Assembly (NCBI GenBank): GCA_965230295.1
Contig: OZ246001.1
Span: 1,792,001 to 1,856,000 of the forward strand
DNA length: 64,000 bases
Origin: Marinicella sp.
GTDB lineage: Bacteria > Pseudomonadota > Gammaproteobacteria > Xanthomonadales > Marinicellaceae
Reading direction: 5' to 3'
How positions within the stretch are numbered: position 1 is the first letter of the stretch; each line of letters starts with the position of its first letter. A program made the translations under genes and the position numbers. This document shows, piece by piece, positions 28,949 through 41,155 of this stretch. The notes under the pieces are model-generated. The model did no database searches, had not been told where the DNA came from, and was given only the letters and a program-made list of their open reading frames with translations.

Positions 28949-31357
28949 TTACTTTTTAGCAGTCTTTTTGGCGGCTTTCTTTTTGGTGGTTTTTTTCTTG
29001 GTTGTTTTCTTCTTAGTAACCTTTTTACTGGTTTTCTTCTTGGTTACTTTTTTCTTAGCAACTTTTTTCTTGCCACGTCTTTTCTTATCAGGTGCTTTGG
29101 CCAAAATTTGTATACATTCTTCATGGGTCAAAGCTTTTGGGTCTTGGTCTTTGAGGATTTTACCGTTCTTGTTGCCATCGGTAACATAAGGACCCCAGCG
29201 GCCATTGAGCACCTGTATGCCATCATCAAAAGTTTGGATGATTCTGTTGGCATCGGCAATTTTTTTCTCAGTAATCAACACCAATGCTTCTTCTAAAGTG
29301 ATGGTGTATGGGTCGCCGTCTTTGATGCTGACAAACTTATTGGCATACCTGACATAGGGACCAAATCGACCAATGTTGGCCGAAACTTTTTCACCTTCAG
29401 AGGTTTCGCCAAGATCGCGAGGCAAATCAAACAAAGCCAATGCCTCTTCAAAAGTGATGGTGTCTAGTTTTTGACCAGGCAGCAAGCCTGCAAATTGTGG
29501 TTTATCTTCATCATCACGGGTACCAATTTGGACGAAAGTACCGTATTTACCTATCCGAACTGACATGGGTTTGCCGGTTTTGGGGTCGGTGCCTAACTCT
29601 CGTTTGTATTGTGCTTCGTCTCTAGAAACCGTTTCCTCTTTTTCTTCAACCAACTTGATGAATGGTTCCCAAAACTGTTTCATCAGCGGTTTCCAGGTTT
29701 TTTCCCCGCGAGAAACGGCATCTAATGCGTCTTCCAATCGGGCAGTGAATTCATAGTCCACATAATCTTTGAAGTGAGCTTCTAAAAACCTGGCCACCAC
29801 TTTACCCACATCGGTGGGGATGAATCGTTTGCTTTCCAATTCAACATAGTCTCTGTTCAACAGGGTCGATATGATGCTGGCATAAGTTGAAGGTCGGCCG
29901 ATGCCAAACTCTTCCAAGGCTTTAACCAATGTGGCTTCTGAATAGCGTGGAGGTGGCTCGGTAAAGTGTTGAACGCCATTGATCTCTTTAACTTCAACCA
30001 CGTCACCTTTTTTGAGGTTGGGTAAATGTTTTTCTTTGTTGTCCTTCTTGACATCATCCATGCCTTCTTCATAGACGGTCAGGAAACCTTTGATTAAAAT
30101 GGTAGAACCTGAAGCCCTTAAGTTATGCCCGTCACCAAAGCTGAAATCTGCTGATACCGTACCTATGGTGGCATTGATCATTTGACTGGCCAAAGTTCTT
30201 TTCCAAATCAAATCGTATAAACGGTATTGGTCATGATCTAAAGATGATTTGATTTCTGCAGGTATCAATTGCGCAGAGACAGCTCGAATCGCCTCATGCG
30301 CCTCTTGTGCATTTTTAGATTTGCTTTTGTAATGGTTGGGTTTATCTGGCACTTGTTTGGCGCCGTATTTATTTTTGATCACGTCACGGATTTCTTCAAT
30401 CGCATCATTGGCCAGATTCAATGAGTCGGTACGCATGTAAGTGATTAAGCCTTGGCGTTGACCATTGATTTCCATGCCTTCATACAGTTGTTGCGCAATT
30501 TGCATGGTTTTGCGTGCGGTGAAACCGAGTTTCCGTGCGGCTTCTTGCTGCATGGTTGAGGTGATGAAGGCTGCAGCTGGCTTCCTTTTGCGTTCACGTT
30601 GGGTCAGCTCTGTCACAGTCAACTGTGTACCTGCTTGGGACCGCAGTGTTGTTAAAGCTTCATCGGCCAACTGTTGATTGTTGATGTCGAATTTCTTGAG
30701 TTTGTTACCGGCATATATGTTGAGATTAGATTCAAAGGCTTCTGTTCCTTTATTCATTTGGCCGTGAATGGTCCAATACTCCTCCTTAATAAAGGCCGCA
30801 ATTTCATCTTCGCGTTGAACAATCATACGCAAAGCAGGTGATTGGACGCGACCGGCTGATAATCCACGTCTGACCTTCTTCCACAACAAAGGAGATAAGT
30901 TAAAACCTACCAAATAATCCAAGGCCCGTCTGGCTTGTTGGGCATCAACCAATTCATCAGAGATTTCACGGGGGTTGGCCACCGCTTCTTGAATGGCTGA
31001 TTTGGTGATTTCTGAAAACACCACACGTTTGATGTCCTTGTCTTTAAGTAAATTTCTGGCCTTGAGGATTTCAACCACATGCCAGGATATGGCTTCTCCT
31101 TCACGGTCCAAGTCCGTTGCCAGATATATGGTGCTGGCTTTTTTTGCAGCTTTGACTATGGCATCGATGTGTTTTTTGTTCTTTTCGACATCAACATACT
31201 TCAGCTCAAAATCATTTTCCGGCACCACGGCTCCCGATTTGGCCAACAAATCTCGGACATGGCCATAAGAGGCCAGTACTTTGTGGCCTTTGCCGAGGTA
31301 TTTTTCTATGGTTTTTGCTTTTGCGGGTGATTCTACGATCAGTAAGTTTTCAGCCAT
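28949..31357 (-). CDS. topA: DNA topoisomerase I with C-terminal repeats and Lys-rich tail
   Basis: IVESPAKAKTI, ATDLDREGE, SAGRVQS, ITYMRTDS; GKYG/GRFG/GRWG C-terminal repeats. Confidence 0.99.
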   Translation of the reverse strand: MAENLLIVESPAKAKTIEKYLGKGHKVLASYGHVRDLLAKSGAVVPENDFELKYVDVEKNKKHIDAIVKAAKKASTIYLATDLDREGEAISWHVVEILKARNLLKDKDIKRVVFSEITKSAIQEAVANPREISDELVDAQQARRALDYLVGFNLSPLLWKKVRRGLSAGRVQSPALRMIVQREDEIAAFIKEEYWTIHGQMNKGTEAFESNLNIYAGNKLKKFDINNQQLADEALTTLRSQAGTQLTVTELTQRERKRKPAAAFITSTMQQEAARKLGFTARKTMQIAQQLYEGMEINGQRQGLITYMRTDSLNLANDAIEEIRDVIKNKYGAKQVPDKPNHYKSKSKNAQEAHEAIRAVSAQLIPAEIKSSLDHDQYRLYDLIWKRTLASQMINATIGTVSADFSFGDGHNLRASGSTILIKGFLTVYEEGMDDVKKDNKEKHLPNLKKGDVVEVKEINGVQHFTEPPPRYSEATLVKALEEFGIGRPSTYASIISTLLNRDYVELESKRFIPTDVGKVVARFLEAHFKDYVDYEFTARLEDALDAVSRGEKTWKPLMKQFWEPFIKLVEEKEETVSRDEAQYKRELGTDPKTGKPMSVRIGKYGTFVQIGTRDDEDKPQFAGLLPGQKLDTITFEEALALFDLPRDLGETSEGEKVSANIGRFGPYVRYANKFVSIKDGDPYTITLEEALVLITEKKIADANRIIQTFDDGIQVLNGRWGPYVTDGNKNGKILKDQDPKALTHEECIQILAKAPDKKRRGKKKVAKKKVTKKKTSKKVTKKKTTKKKTTKKKAAKKTAKK

Positions 31358-31360
31358 GGT

Positions 31361-31837
31361 TTAATGTTCATGATCGACCGGTGGATCAAACATCAAACTT
31401 TCCATTGATGCAAAGGCTTGTTCCTCTTCCGGTTGTGAAAATAAAATTATCAAAGCCAGCCATTGTAAATCATCAACGTCGATGTTGTCAGCATTTAGAT
31501 TAAGCAAACCATTGATCAACAGTTCACGGGTGTTGGGCGTTAAAATACCTGAGGATTCTAAATATTGGATGAAGTTAATACCTTCTTCGTCTAACAATTC
31601 CAATTCGGTGGAAGTGTAATACCTGATGGCGTCAGGGGACTGTTCAATGGGTTGGTGGGTTTTGTCATTGATGCTCAGCAGCCAGTCAAAAGCATGGTCA
31701 ATGGTTGATTGTTCAAATCCAGCTTGTTCAAGTCCATAATATATGCTGTTTTTGGTGTACTGCTCTTGGAGGTTGGTTTGTTCGGACAAATAGTTTTCAA
31801 ACAAATAAACCAAGACGTCAATGATGTTTTCATTCAT
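31361..31837 (-). CDS. smg: DUF494 family protein Smg
   Basis: DVLVYLFENY, AGF..AFDWL; conserved dprA-smg-topA order. Confidence 0.93.
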   Translation of the reverse strand: MNENIIDVLVYLFENYLSEQTNLQEQYTKNSIYYGLEQAGFEQSTIDHAFDWLLSINDKTHQPIEQSPDAIRYYTSTELELLDEEGINFIQYLESSGILTPNTRELLINGLLNLNADNIDVDDLQWLALIILFSQPEEEQAFASMESLMFDPPVDHEH

Positions 31838-32967
31838 AGTTTTTGATACTTTGCACCCGGTAATTTTTCAACCAAACCCGATAACTCCATGATGAGCAAG
31901 TCAGATGCGACATCACCACTGGATAAATCGGTCAGTTCCACAATATCATCAAATGACATGGGATGAAAGTCTAAATGATCGAAAATGTGCTGTTGTGATT
32001 CAGAAAGCCTGATATCGGGTGTCTCGGCTTGATTTTCAAGCGCAGGGCCCTGAATATTTTCAATTGATGATGTTAATTGATCCGTTAACATCTGAATATT
32101 GGGTTTAATCTCTTGCAAGATGTCTTGGGCGGACTCAACCAATTGTGCACCTTGTTTTATCAAATGATGACATCCTTTGGCCAAGGGGTTGTGAATGCTG
32201 CCAGGAATGGCCATCACAGGCCGGTTGTTTTCCATACTTAATCTGGCTGTGATGAGGGTGCCGCTTTTTTGTGCCGCTTCAATCACCAGCGTACCCAATG
32301 ACAAACCAGCAATGATTCGATTTCGTCTGGGGAAATTTTGTGCATTGGGAGGGGTGTTGAAAGGAAACTCAGAAACCACGGCGCCATTGTTGGCAATGGT
32401 TTTTGCCAAGCTTTGGTTTTGTTTGGGATAGATCGCATTGATTCCTGTGCCCATAACAGCAATCGTTTGTCCCAGTGCATCCAAAGCACCTTGGTGTGCT
32501 TGGGCATCTATCCCGGCAGCCAGTCCACTGGTTATCACCAAGCCCCTTTTCGCCAAATCAAAACAAAAGTCATGGGCATTCATCAGGCCGCTTTGGCTGG
32601 CATTGCGACTGCCCACCACCGCCAGTTGAGGAAGCAACAAAGCATTGGTATTGCCTTTGACAAAAAGCAATATTGGCGGGTCGCCAATTTGTTTCAGTTG
32701 TGGTGGATACAAAGGGTCATCCAATGTGAGTATTTCGTTGTTGTCTTTAGCCAACCAATCAAGTTCAGCTACAAGGTCATCATTGGTGGCGCGGGATAAA
32801 TAATTTTTTGCTGATTCGGGGATGTTGCATTCTTTCGGAAACCGTTTCATGTTGACGATTTCACTGGCGTCCTTACAGTGCTTTAACAAACAAGTGATTT
32901 TTACCAAACCAAGTCCTGGTGCATTGAGTAAATGCAACCAGGATGATTTGTTATTTAATGTAGACAT
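31834..32967 (-). CDS. dprA: DNA-processing protein DprA
   Basis: AVVGSRNAS, SGLAAGIDAQAH, NFPRRNRII, SGTLITA, PGSIHNP. Confidence 0.97.
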   Translation of the reverse strand: MSTLNNKSSWLHLLNAPGLGLVKITCLLKHCKDASEIVNMKRFPKECNIPESAKNYLSRATNDDLVAELDWLAKDNNEILTLDDPLYPPQLKQIGDPPILLFVKGNTNALLLPQLAVVGSRNASQSGLMNAHDFCFDLAKRGLVITSGLAAGIDAQAHQGALDALGQTIAVMGTGINAIYPKQNQSLAKTIANNGAVVSEFPFNTPPNAQNFPRRNRIIAGLSLGTLVIEAAQKSGTLITARLSMENNRPVMAIPGSIHNPLAKGCHHLIKQGAQLVESAQDILQEIKPNIQMLTDQLTSSIENIQGPALENQAETPDIRLSESQQHIFDHLDFHPMSFDDIVELTDLSSGDVASDLLIMELSGLVEKLPGAKYQKL

Positions 32968-33005
32968 TCCTTGTCTATAGTGTTGGTTGAGTTATGCAGG
33001 CTGCA

Positions 33006-34214
33006 TCATGGCAGCTTGACATAGTCATACATTTTTATGGGGCGGTTACCGTCAGTAATGATGGCATAACTGATGTTCTCAAATGTTTTGAAAACCATAA
33101 TGTGTCCTGCCAATTCCATGGGTAGAGTGACCATGGCTTTTGAAGGCTTGAATAAGGTTTTCAGGTCTTCTTTGGGGTGCATGACTTCATCTCTGATAAC
33201 CCTTTCAGGGCTGTGTACTGAAAACACATCACCGACTGCAACACCTTGTGCAGAACCGTTACTGATTGCAATCACTTGTCTTCTGCCACTGCCGAATAAA
33301 GCATTGTTCAATGCCACCACACGGATGTTGTCGTCATTGACCTCGGCAGCTTTGGGCAAGAAATAGGGATTGAAATTAAAATCATCGATTGGCAGGATCA
33401 AGTCGCCTTTTTTAACTTCATAATCCACATCTATGATTTCTAAGGTAGTGATGTCATCGGTACCCACACGAACCACTTCAGCCACACCGGTGTCGGCCAC
33501 TTCATAACCTAAAATTTTGACATTTTCCCAGTAAGTGCGGTCAATGTATTTTTTCCAAAACCGGGTCATGACTGCGGTGGTGGTGTAATCAGATGATTTA
33601 CTCCAGTTGATTGATTCAATCTCGTGAGTCTTGGATGTTTCCCAAGGATAGTCAGTCGGCACTTCCCGGTAAATGACTGTAGGTCTGACAATGGCCAAAC
33701 GATCACCTTGGCGGGCATTTTTTAAATTTCGCACATAGATCAAGTCACTGGTGGCAGAGACATTGCGGTCTTCTTCAGCGGCAACTACATAGGGGGCCAA
33801 ATCAATGTCCTCTTTGTTCAGGATTCGTAACTTACGCAAAAAGGGTTCGATGTCTTTTAAAGGAATGGTTTCAATGGCTGAATCATGGCTGATGTCGCGA
33901 ACTTTAGGACCCATTTTGACGGTCGGGTGACTGCGGTTGACAGTGATGGCAGGCCTGCCATCCAAGTAAACCAAATTCAGTTGATCACCAGGGTAAATCA
34001 AATGGGGATTGTCAATTTGTGGATTGGCGTGCCATATTTCGGGCCAAAGCCATGGTGATTTTAAAAACACCGCTGAGATGTCCCACAATGTGTCCCCTTT
34101 TTGCACCACATAGGTATCTGGATGAGCAGGATTAAGCTCCACTTCTTGAGCTTGAATTGAGAAAACAAATCCTATAAGTAACGCTATAATTAAATGTTGT
34201 TTTTTAAACATCAT
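33006..34214 (-). CDS. LysM peptidoglycan-binding protein (TsaP-like)
   Basis: YVVQKGDTLWDIS..FLKSPWLWPEIW..NPHLIYPGD; conserved position between def and dprA. Confidence 0.9.
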   Translation of the reverse strand: MMFKKQHLIIALLIGFVFSIQAQEVELNPAHPDTYVVQKGDTLWDISAVFLKSPWLWPEIWHANPQIDNPHLIYPGDQLNLVYLDGRPAITVNRSHPTVKMGPKVRDISHDSAIETIPLKDIEPFLRKLRILNKEDIDLAPYVVAAEEDRNVSATSDLIYVRNLKNARQGDRLAIVRPTVIYREVPTDYPWETSKTHEIESINWSKSSDYTTTAVMTRFWKKYIDRTYWENVKILGYEVADTGVAEVVRVGTDDITTLEIIDVDYEVKKGDLILPIDDFNFNPYFLPKAAEVNDDNIRVVALNNALFGSGRRQVIAISNGSAQGVAVGDVFSVHSPERVIRDEVMHPKEDLKTLFKPSKAMVTLPMELAGHIMVFKTFENISYAIITDGNRPIKMYDYVKLP

Positions 34215-34481
34215 CGGCAAACCCTTGATTTTCCTAAAACTTTAGTTTAGCCATTTTAAGAATAAAATTAAACAAAAAATGTGATTCAAACTGCAAATTG
34301 CAGTAAAAAAGCCGGTTTTTCATGTTTTTAAAACAATTCAAACGGACAAAATCTGTTGTGATTTTATCTATTTGAGATGATTTCAGGTGAAAAACACAGG
34401 CAATTTATTTCCATCTGCCACAGAAAACTATAAGATGTGCCACTTGAAAATACATTTGTACCCTAAAGAAACTGAAAAAGA

Positions 34482-34967
34482 ATGACTCAACTTAACATCT
34501 TGACCTTACCCGATTCAAGATTAAAAACCATTGCTCAACCAGTCACTGAAATCACTGAGGACATCAAACAATTGGCCAGTGACATGTTGGAAACCATGTA
34601 TGCTGCACCTGGTATTGGACTGGCTGCTACCCAAGTAGATCAGCACATTCAAATGGTTGTCATTGATGTGTCCGAAGATAAATCGGAGCCATTGATCATG
34701 ATCAACCCAGAAATCATCGAAAAAGCGGGTATCCAAACACATGAAGAAGGTTGTCTTTCAGTGCCAGGGATATACGCCAAAGTTAAAAGGGCCGATCAAG
34801 TGATGGTTAAATACCAGAATTTAGATGGCCACTGGCAAGAACTCACTGCTGAAGGCTTGCTGGCGGTGTGTATTCAACATGAGCTTGATCACCTCAAGGG
34901 CATTGTGTTTTTAGATCATTTGTCCCTGTTAAAAAGAAAGATCGCACTGAAAAAACTATCAAAATAA
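34482..34967 (+). CDS. def: Peptide deformylase
   Basis: [21 protein letters not shown]. Confidence 0.98.
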   Translation: MTQLNILTLPDSRLKTIAQPVTEITEDIKQLASDMLETMYAAPGIGLAATQVDQHIQMVVIDVSEDKSEPLIMINPEIIEKAGIQTHEEGCLSVPGIYAKVKRADQVMVKYQNLDGHWQELTAEGLLAVCIQHELDHLKGIVFLDHLSLLKRKIALKKLSK

Positions 34968-34986
34968 TCAAACGTATAAAAATTTA

Positions 34987-35727
34987 ATGAAAGCAATTCA
35001 TCAACTCCTAATCCTCATGCTGTTTTTTGGTGCAGCCAAGGCAGCAGAAAAACCCAAGCATCAAATGGAACGGTTTACCCGTGATGTTGAAATTAAAAAA
35101 CCGACAAAAATTAAAATTGTCAACCACTATGGTGACATCAGGATCAGAAAAGCAGATGATGATTTGTTCATTTATCATGGTGTTGCACAATCACAACCTT
35201 CTCAAAAGGTCACATTAGATTTTCAACAGCAAGATGGTGAAATTACGGCCATTGTGAATTACAGCGACCCAGAAAAAACCAATCACACAGATCGTTTTGA
35301 TTTGGCTTTGATTGTTCCAGAATTGGCTTCGTTAGACATAGAAATCGAAGGTGGTGAATTAACCACCAAAGGACTGAATAGTGCGGTAAAAGTACGCAGT
35401 ACAAACTCTGATATTCAAGTTAAAACCCCTAAAGCTGTAGATTTGTTCAGTAAAAATGGTGCCATTGAATGGACCGTTAATTCATTGAAAGACAAATCCG
35501 AAAGCAACATCCAGACTTACAAAGGCGCTGTGACTATTTTTTATCTAGAAAACATGCCTGGGTTTGAAATCATCACAGGTAACCATGTTGCCAGCAATTC
35601 ATCGAAATTGTTGATGAGTCAAAAGAAAATAGACCGGCTTAAGCAATATGGTGATAAAGACAGTGCGCACCAAATTAAGATAAAAACTGATTTAGGGCCA
35701 ATCACACTCATTGATTTGGCTTTTTAA
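34987..35727 (+). CDS. Secreted beta-strand repeat protein (DUF4097-like)
   Basis: Signal peptide; repeating x-x-x-G-x-I units (NHYGDI, TNSDI, KNGAI, YKGAV, DLGPI). Confidence 0.6.
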   Translation: MKAIHQLLILMLFFGAAKAAEKPKHQMERFTRDVEIKKPTKIKIVNHYGDIRIRKADDDLFIYHGVAQSQPSQKVTLDFQQQDGEITAIVNYSDPEKTNHTDRFDLALIVPELASLDIEIEGGELTTKGLNSAVKVRSTNSDIQVKTPKAVDLFSKNGAIEWTVNSLKDKSESNIQTYKGAVTIFYLENMPGFEIITGNHVASNSSKLLMSQKKIDRLKQYGDKDSAHQIKIKTDLGPITLIDLAF

Positions 35728-35754
35728 TACTTATATAAAAAGAGGAGAGATATT

Positions 35755-38751
35755 TTGAAACACAAGAGTAAACTAAGATCCAGCTTGTTGGTTTTGACTT
35801 GCTTGTTGGTATGTCAGGCTGCCATGGCCACAACCACACGAGTGGGTGCAGAGTTTGTTGGTGAAACGGTTACCCCGGTGACTGTTACGGTTAATTTAGC
35901 CAACGGCACCAAGCCGAACCAATGGAAACCAGGTGACCCGGTCAAAGAGATCCCGATGCGCTTTCGTCGCCCCAAAGGCTGGGAGCGTCCTGAGGCCTTG
36001 CCACGTGGCTATGGTATAGATCCCCTGGCCTTGAAACAGTGGGATGCCACACCCAGCAATGGTTTTGGTGGTGGTGCGCAGTTTGACACCCCGCTGGTCA
36101 ATGTTGATGGCTTGGACTTCACAGGAGTCAATCCATCTGACACCAATGGTGATGTGGGTATTGACCACTACGTCCAATCAATCAACAACAGTGCCAGTTC
36201 AGGGATCTTGATTTTGAACAAAGCCGATGGCACCACTGCAGCGCAGTTTGTCCTTGATGACATTGCGGCAGGTTCAGGTACCGGTTGTGGGGGCGGCAGA
36301 GGCGACCCTGTGATCATGTATGACCAATACGTGGACAACGGTCCAGGTAACCCGAAAGGCCGTTGGGTGTTGACGGAGTTTACCAGCACTTCATTGTGTA
36401 TTTACATATCGGTCACCGAAAGCCCGATTGGCCCCACCAATGACAGCACCTGGCACATTTATGAGTTCAATTCAGCCTCAGGTGGCTTGCCTGATTATCC
36501 CAAGTTTGGTGTTTGGCGTGATGCTTATTACATGGGTGCCAATGAGAGCAACCGTCAGTATGCCTTTGACCGTGACAACATGATCAATGGTGATCCTGCA
36601 CGTGGATACCAAGTGTTCAGCACGGTTGGTTTGCCCGGTTTTGGGTTCCAACACTTGATGCCGGCTGATGCCGATGGAGAGACATTACCGCCGGCTGGTG
36701 CGCCGGGTATTTTCATGCGACACCGCGATGCACAGTACCACGGTGATCCAGGCAGTGATGTGTTGGAGATTTGGGAGTTTACCACCGATTTTGACAACCC
36801 TGGCAACAGTGCGATCACCGGTCCGATCAACATCGATGTTTCAGATTTTGATACCAATTTGGGTGGCACCAACTTTGGTGATTTATCGGTACCACAGCCC
36901 GATGGTGCGACCAACCTGTTTCCCTTGAAGCAGCCATTGATGTGGCGTGTTCAGCACAGGACATTGGATGACAAGCAATATTTGATTGGAAACATGACCA
37001 CGGATGTGAATGGTAATGATTACCATGGTGTACGTTGGTGGATTTTAGAGCGTCCGGCGGCGAGTACGGCCGGCGGTTGGATCTTGTCTGATGAGGGCAC
37101 TTACACATCAGGTGATGGCATCACCACGGGAGATGGTGTACACCGTTGGATGGCGTCAGCGGCGATGGATGGTTCAGGCAACGTGGCCATTGGTTACAAC
37201 ACTTCATCGGTGGCAGGTAACAACAACTCGGCAGCTGATGTTTATGCGGGTATGCGTTATGCGGGTCGATTGGCCTCGGATCCTGCTGGGACGATGCCAC
37301 GTGGTGAGAACTCGATCATTGAGGGTACGGCATCGAACTCCTCGGGTCGTTATGGTGATTACACCTCATTGAGTGTTGATCCTGTTGATGAGTGTACCTT
37401 CTGGTATACGGCCCAGTACAACACGTCGGGAAATTGGTCGACCCGAGTGGCTTCATTCAGGTTTGAGCAATGTGGTTGTTTGTTGGATATTGGCGGCGTT
37501 GATTTAATCAGCGCGGTGGCCAACACAGATAACAACATTCAGCTGACTTGGGATGATGAGCCTGTGATCGTTGATCCTGACTTGATTTATGCCAATGGTT
37601 TTGATGGAGAAACCAATGCAGCCATTGTTGAATTCAGAATCTACCGCTCAACAACACCAGGTGGAGGGTATGAGTTGATAGATGTGTTGCCAGGTCAAGT
37701 GGGTGCAGGCCCATACACCTATGATGATGATACCGTATCAGCCGGCACCACGTACTATTATATTGTCAGAACATCAGACGGTGGTGCTTGTTTCAGTTCG
37801 GACTCAACTGAGCAATCAGCCACAGCAACGGGTGTGTGTACATTAGAGCCTGTGTTTGCTGGAATTGAAAATGCTGATAACGACGCCACATCAACTTGTG
37901 GCATCACCACCGGGTGGAGTGCAGCAAGTAGCCAATGTCCAAATGGCTTGGGTGACATCAATTACTCAGTATACCGTTCTACCGATCCTGCATTCGTACC
38001 TTCCGGTGCCAATCAAATCGCTACAGGCATCGATGCCTTGACATACAACGACATGGCGCCAGATCTGGTGTCTGATACGGACTTTTTCTATATTGTCAGG
38101 GCCACTGATTTGGACAATGGACTTGAAGAGACCAATACCGTGTTGGCATCTGCCTTCCCAACGGGCGAAATCACACCAGAAGTGTTCAATGAGAACCTTG
38201 ACGCTTATGTTGATTTCACCGATGCCGAAGCATCTGGTTGGTCAACATTTGCTGACGCCGGTGCCACCGATTGGCGAATCGAGTCAGGCGATGACAACAC
38301 CACCGGTACTTCAGTTGCCTTTGTGTCTTCAGACCTGGCGGCTGTGGCTGATAAGTCTTTGATGACCAAACAATTCTCGCCATCAGCCACTTCGGTCTTA
38401 AGTTTCTTCCACAAGTATGATTTTGAACCCACATATGACGGTGGTGTCCTTGAAATCCTGGTTGATGGATCCGGAACCTGGGTTGATCTGGAGTCAAACT
38501 TCATAACCGGTTCATATGACGCCACTTTGAATGGCGGTTTTGGACAACCATTGGGTGCCAGACCGGCTTGGAATGGCTTACAAGCAACCTTTACCCAGAT
38601 AGAAGTTGATCTGTCAGCTTACGCTGGCCAAGTGGTGAACGTCAGATGGCGTATGGGTACAGATGTAAGTGTGGCAGCTGGTGACTGGAAAATTGATGAC
38701 ATTGTCATTACAGATTCAGGAACCTTTGGAGTTTGTACTCCGGCACCCTAA
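35755..38751 (+). CDS. Large secreted multidomain protein (propeller-like N-domain, two FN3-like domains, C-terminal beta-sandwich)
   Basis: TTG start with AGGAG RBS, signal peptide, PSDTNGDVGIDHYVQ, PDYPKFG, RYGDY, FN3-like YRS...YYYIVR twice, YDGGVLE...WKIDDI. Confidence 0.85.
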   Translation: MKHKSKLRSSLLVLTCLLVCQAAMATTTRVGAEFVGETVTPVTVTVNLANGTKPNQWKPGDPVKEIPMRFRRPKGWERPEALPRGYGIDPLALKQWDATPSNGFGGGAQFDTPLVNVDGLDFTGVNPSDTNGDVGIDHYVQSINNSASSGILILNKADGTTAAQFVLDDIAAGSGTGCGGGRGDPVIMYDQYVDNGPGNPKGRWVLTEFTSTSLCIYISVTESPIGPTNDSTWHIYEFNSASGGLPDYPKFGVWRDAYYMGANESNRQYAFDRDNMINGDPARGYQVFSTVGLPGFGFQHLMPADADGETLPPAGAPGIFMRHRDAQYHGDPGSDVLEIWEFTTDFDNPGNSAITGPINIDVSDFDTNLGGTNFGDLSVPQPDGATNLFPLKQPLMWRVQHRTLDDKQYLIGNMTTDVNGNDYHGVRWWILERPAASTAGGWILSDEGTYTSGDGITTGDGVHRWMASAAMDGSGNVAIGYNTSSVAGNNNSAADVYAGMRYAGRLASDPAGTMPRGENSIIEGTASNSSGRYGDYTSLSVDPVDECTFWYTAQYNTSGNWSTRVASFRFEQCGCLLDIGGVDLISAVANTDNNIQLTWDDEPVIVDPDLIYANGFDGETNAAIVEFRIYRSTTPGGGYELIDVLPGQVGAGPYTYDDDTVSAGTTYYYIVRTSDGGACFSSDSTEQSATATGVCTLEPVFAGIENADNDATSTCGITTGWSAASSQCPNGLGDINYSVYRSTDPAFVPSGANQIATGIDALTYNDMAPDLVSDTDFFYIVRATDLDNGLEETNTVLASAFPTGEITPEVFNENLDAYVDFTDAEASGWSTFADAGATDWRIESGDDNTTGTSVAFVSSDLAAVADKSLMTKQFSPSATSVLSFFHKYDFEPTYDGGVLEILVDGSGTWVDLESNFITGSYDATLNGGFGQPLGARPAWNGLQATFTQIEVDLSAYAGQVVNVRWRMGTDVSVAAGDWKIDDIVITDSGTFGVCTPAP

Positions 38752-38771
38752 TTCCTCAAGTTGAAGGAAAT

Positions 38772-38804
38772 AAAAAAGGCCTTCGTAATGAAGGCCTTTT
38801 TTTT
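38772..38804. terminator. Bidirectional intrinsic terminator
   Basis: aaaaaaggccttc-gtaat-gaaggcctttttttt between convergent genes. Confidence 0.92.
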
Positions 38805-38821
38805 GGCATTAAAAACCAGGC

Positions 38822-40283
<1,462 letters not shown>

Positions 40284-40287
<4 letters not shown>

Positions 40288-41153
40288 TTGGGGCTTTTCT
40301 CTCTGAAATATTTAAAGAACTCAGAGTTTGGATCCAGCACCATCACATTGCCAGAGTTTTGTGCAAAGCTGTTGGCATAGGCCTCAAGACTGCGGACAAA
40401 AGCGAAAAATTCAGGGTTCTTTTGGTGACTGTCTGCGAATAATTTGGTGGCCTCAGCGTCACCTTCACCGCGAATCACAGCGGCTTTTTGTTCGGCATCA
40501 GCCAACATGATTTGGATTCTTTTATCGGTGTTCGCGCGGATGTTGATGGACTCCTTGCGACCGGTTGAGCGGTGTTCCGCCGCTTCAACCAAACGTTCAG
40601 AACGCATGCGGTTATAGACCGATTCATTGACTGATTGATCCAAGTTGATTTGTTTGATTCTGACGTCAACAATTTCGATGCCATAGTCTTCAGCACGTGA
40701 CTTGGTTTGTGAACGCAAGTTTTCCATCAACTCAATCCGTTGTGTCGAAATGGCTTGATCCAGTGTGCGCACAGAAAACTCTTCTTGCAGGGCGTTTTTG
40801 ACCACGCCAGATAAGTTGGCATTGGCTTTGGCAATTAAGCCAGCATTTGAAGTGAAGAAAACTTTGACGTCTTTGATGCGCCACTTAACAAAGTAGTCCA
40901 CCATCAAGTATTCATTGTCGGTATTGAATACACGCTCTGGGGCGTTATCCAGAGTTTGGATGCGGCTGTCAAATTTAACGATGTTGTTAACAATCGGAAA
41001 TTTAACATGTAGTCCGGGCTCGTAACCGGCTTGTACCACTTCACCAAAGCGCAATTTAACGGCGGTTTCTTTTTCGTCAATGGTGAACAGAAAGAAACTG
41101 GCCAAAACAGCCAACACCAGTAATCCAATAAGCAATGCGATGAGTTTATTCAT
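40284..41153 (-). CDS. hflC: FtsH modulator HflC
   Basis: SPFH domain, RMRSER, RGEGDAEA, FFAFVRSLEAY. Confidence 0.96.
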
Positions 41154-41155
41154 GA

